Source: Octopus vulgaris (lineage: Eukaryota). Taken from it: 64,000 bases of DNA. The position numbers were made by a program, and so were the translations under genes. Shown one piece after another: positions 62,741 to 64,000 of the stretch. Positions within the stretch are counted from its first letter, which is position 1, and every line of letters starts with the position of its first letter. The stretch lies in the NCBI GenBank assembly GCA_951406725.2, contig OX597822.1:26412001-26476000 (forward strand). The letters are read 5' to 3'. Below the pieces are notes generated by a model. It was not told where the DNA came from. It was given only the letters and a program-made list of their open reading frames with translations, and ran no database searches.

Positions 62741-64000
62741 AAGTGATTGAGCATTCTGTAGGCATGTATACCCTTAACAGATATACATGTCTATGGGTTC
62801 TCGGGTGAGAACCCATACACAGGGTGTAAAAAAGGTGTACCTTTGAATTACAAACACAATCTGTTTGATAGGCTTCAGTATAATTTCCATCTACCAGATT
62901 TCATTACATAAAGAATGGGTTGACCAATGGTTTTAGAAAATGACATTTGCCCAAGATGTCATACATTCACTAGAATTGAACCCAAGACCTAATGGTTGTG
63001 AAACAAACGTTTTAACATTTCAGCCAGACTGTGCTTTATGCCAGACACAGAAATAAATAAACATGCAAATATCAATAAAATAAACAAAACAAACAAGATG
63101 GTCACAGCAGGCATACTTTTGATCATAGGTCTGTTCAACAACAAAAAAAAAACACACACACACACACACACAAATACACACACTCACAAATACAGATACA
63201 TATTCAGTAATTTTCCAAATTTTGAAGTTCAAAACCAGTTTTATTTTATTTTTATCCTTTTGTTTAACTTTTTATACAAAGTACTCCAGTAATTTTTTTT
63301 AATGATTCACAATGTGCTACCAAGTCAAAAAGATAGAAGAAAATTCTATGGAACAAAACTATTAAAAAACAACAAAAGCCTCCCCCATGAACAAAGAATG
63401 TGATTTTTAGGCTACTGTTTGTTGTTCAAATGCCAGAACTAATTGTCACATAGGTAGACAACAATCTGAACAATAATCTTCAGTTCAATTTACTTGATTG
63501 TTTGTTTAAAGTTATAGATGTCAGTTTGACCTTTAGCAATATTTTGCTTCTTTAGTTTTTCCAATGCCTTGTGAGTGAAATTCGGTTGATGCAAAGTGGC
63601 AGAAATCTCATGACCGTATGCAAGCATGTATGCATGCATGCATGTATATATGTTTGTTTGTTTGTTTGTTTGTTTGTATGTATGTATGTATGTATGTATG
63701 AATGATGTATGTATGTATGTATGTATGTTATTTATTCATTTATGTATATATGTTTGTATGTATGTAAGTCATTATTCAGTTTTATTTCGAGATTTGTTGC
63801 CAATAGAGAAATAGCCAGTTTCTAGCCTAGATCTAAGGCTCCTTCATTAGAATTTCAACATCAACACCAAGGTATTTTGTATGTATGTATACGTGCAGAT
63901 TTGTATGTTTTGTTTTATGTATGTCTTCTCATGCATATACTTGCATATCTGGACATGCTCGTATATATTTGTAGCATAGACTCTCTCTCTCTCTCTCTAT

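Overview
This is AT-rich, repeat-dense eukaryotic DNA. The SINE families, RTE-LINE tails ending in (GAT)n and long (TA)n/(CA)n tracts point to an Octopus (coleoid cephalopod) genome; that is inferred from repeat recognition. One complete protein-coding gene can be reconstructed by hand on the + strand: an 8-coding-exon TruA-family pseudouridine synthase (PUSL1-like), 25582..54937, 987 nt, 328 aa, with all splice phases consistent. It shares a CpG-rich promoter (~25.1-25.3 kb) with a probable divergent minus-strand spliced transcript whose visible exons are non-coding. The rest is mostly tRNA-derived SINEs, truncated RTE LINEs, decayed Tc1/mariner elements, hAT/piggyBac-like MITEs and a Helentron-type element. 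The most notable observations are: (1) several unrelated short fold-back elements, mostly next to (TA)n tracts in PUSL1 introns, carrying type-I hammerhead ribozyme motifs of the Penelope-LTR kind, best seen as a head-to-head ribozyme palindrome at ~54.15-54.39 kb; (2) a U6 snRNA 3' end fused to an RTE tail; (3) an unexplained hairpin-stacked 392-bp insert between 13-bp direct repeats; (4) a candidate 5-nt microexon or recursive splice site. Most ORFs in the supplied track are spurious translations of repeats. Repeat boundaries are approximate.
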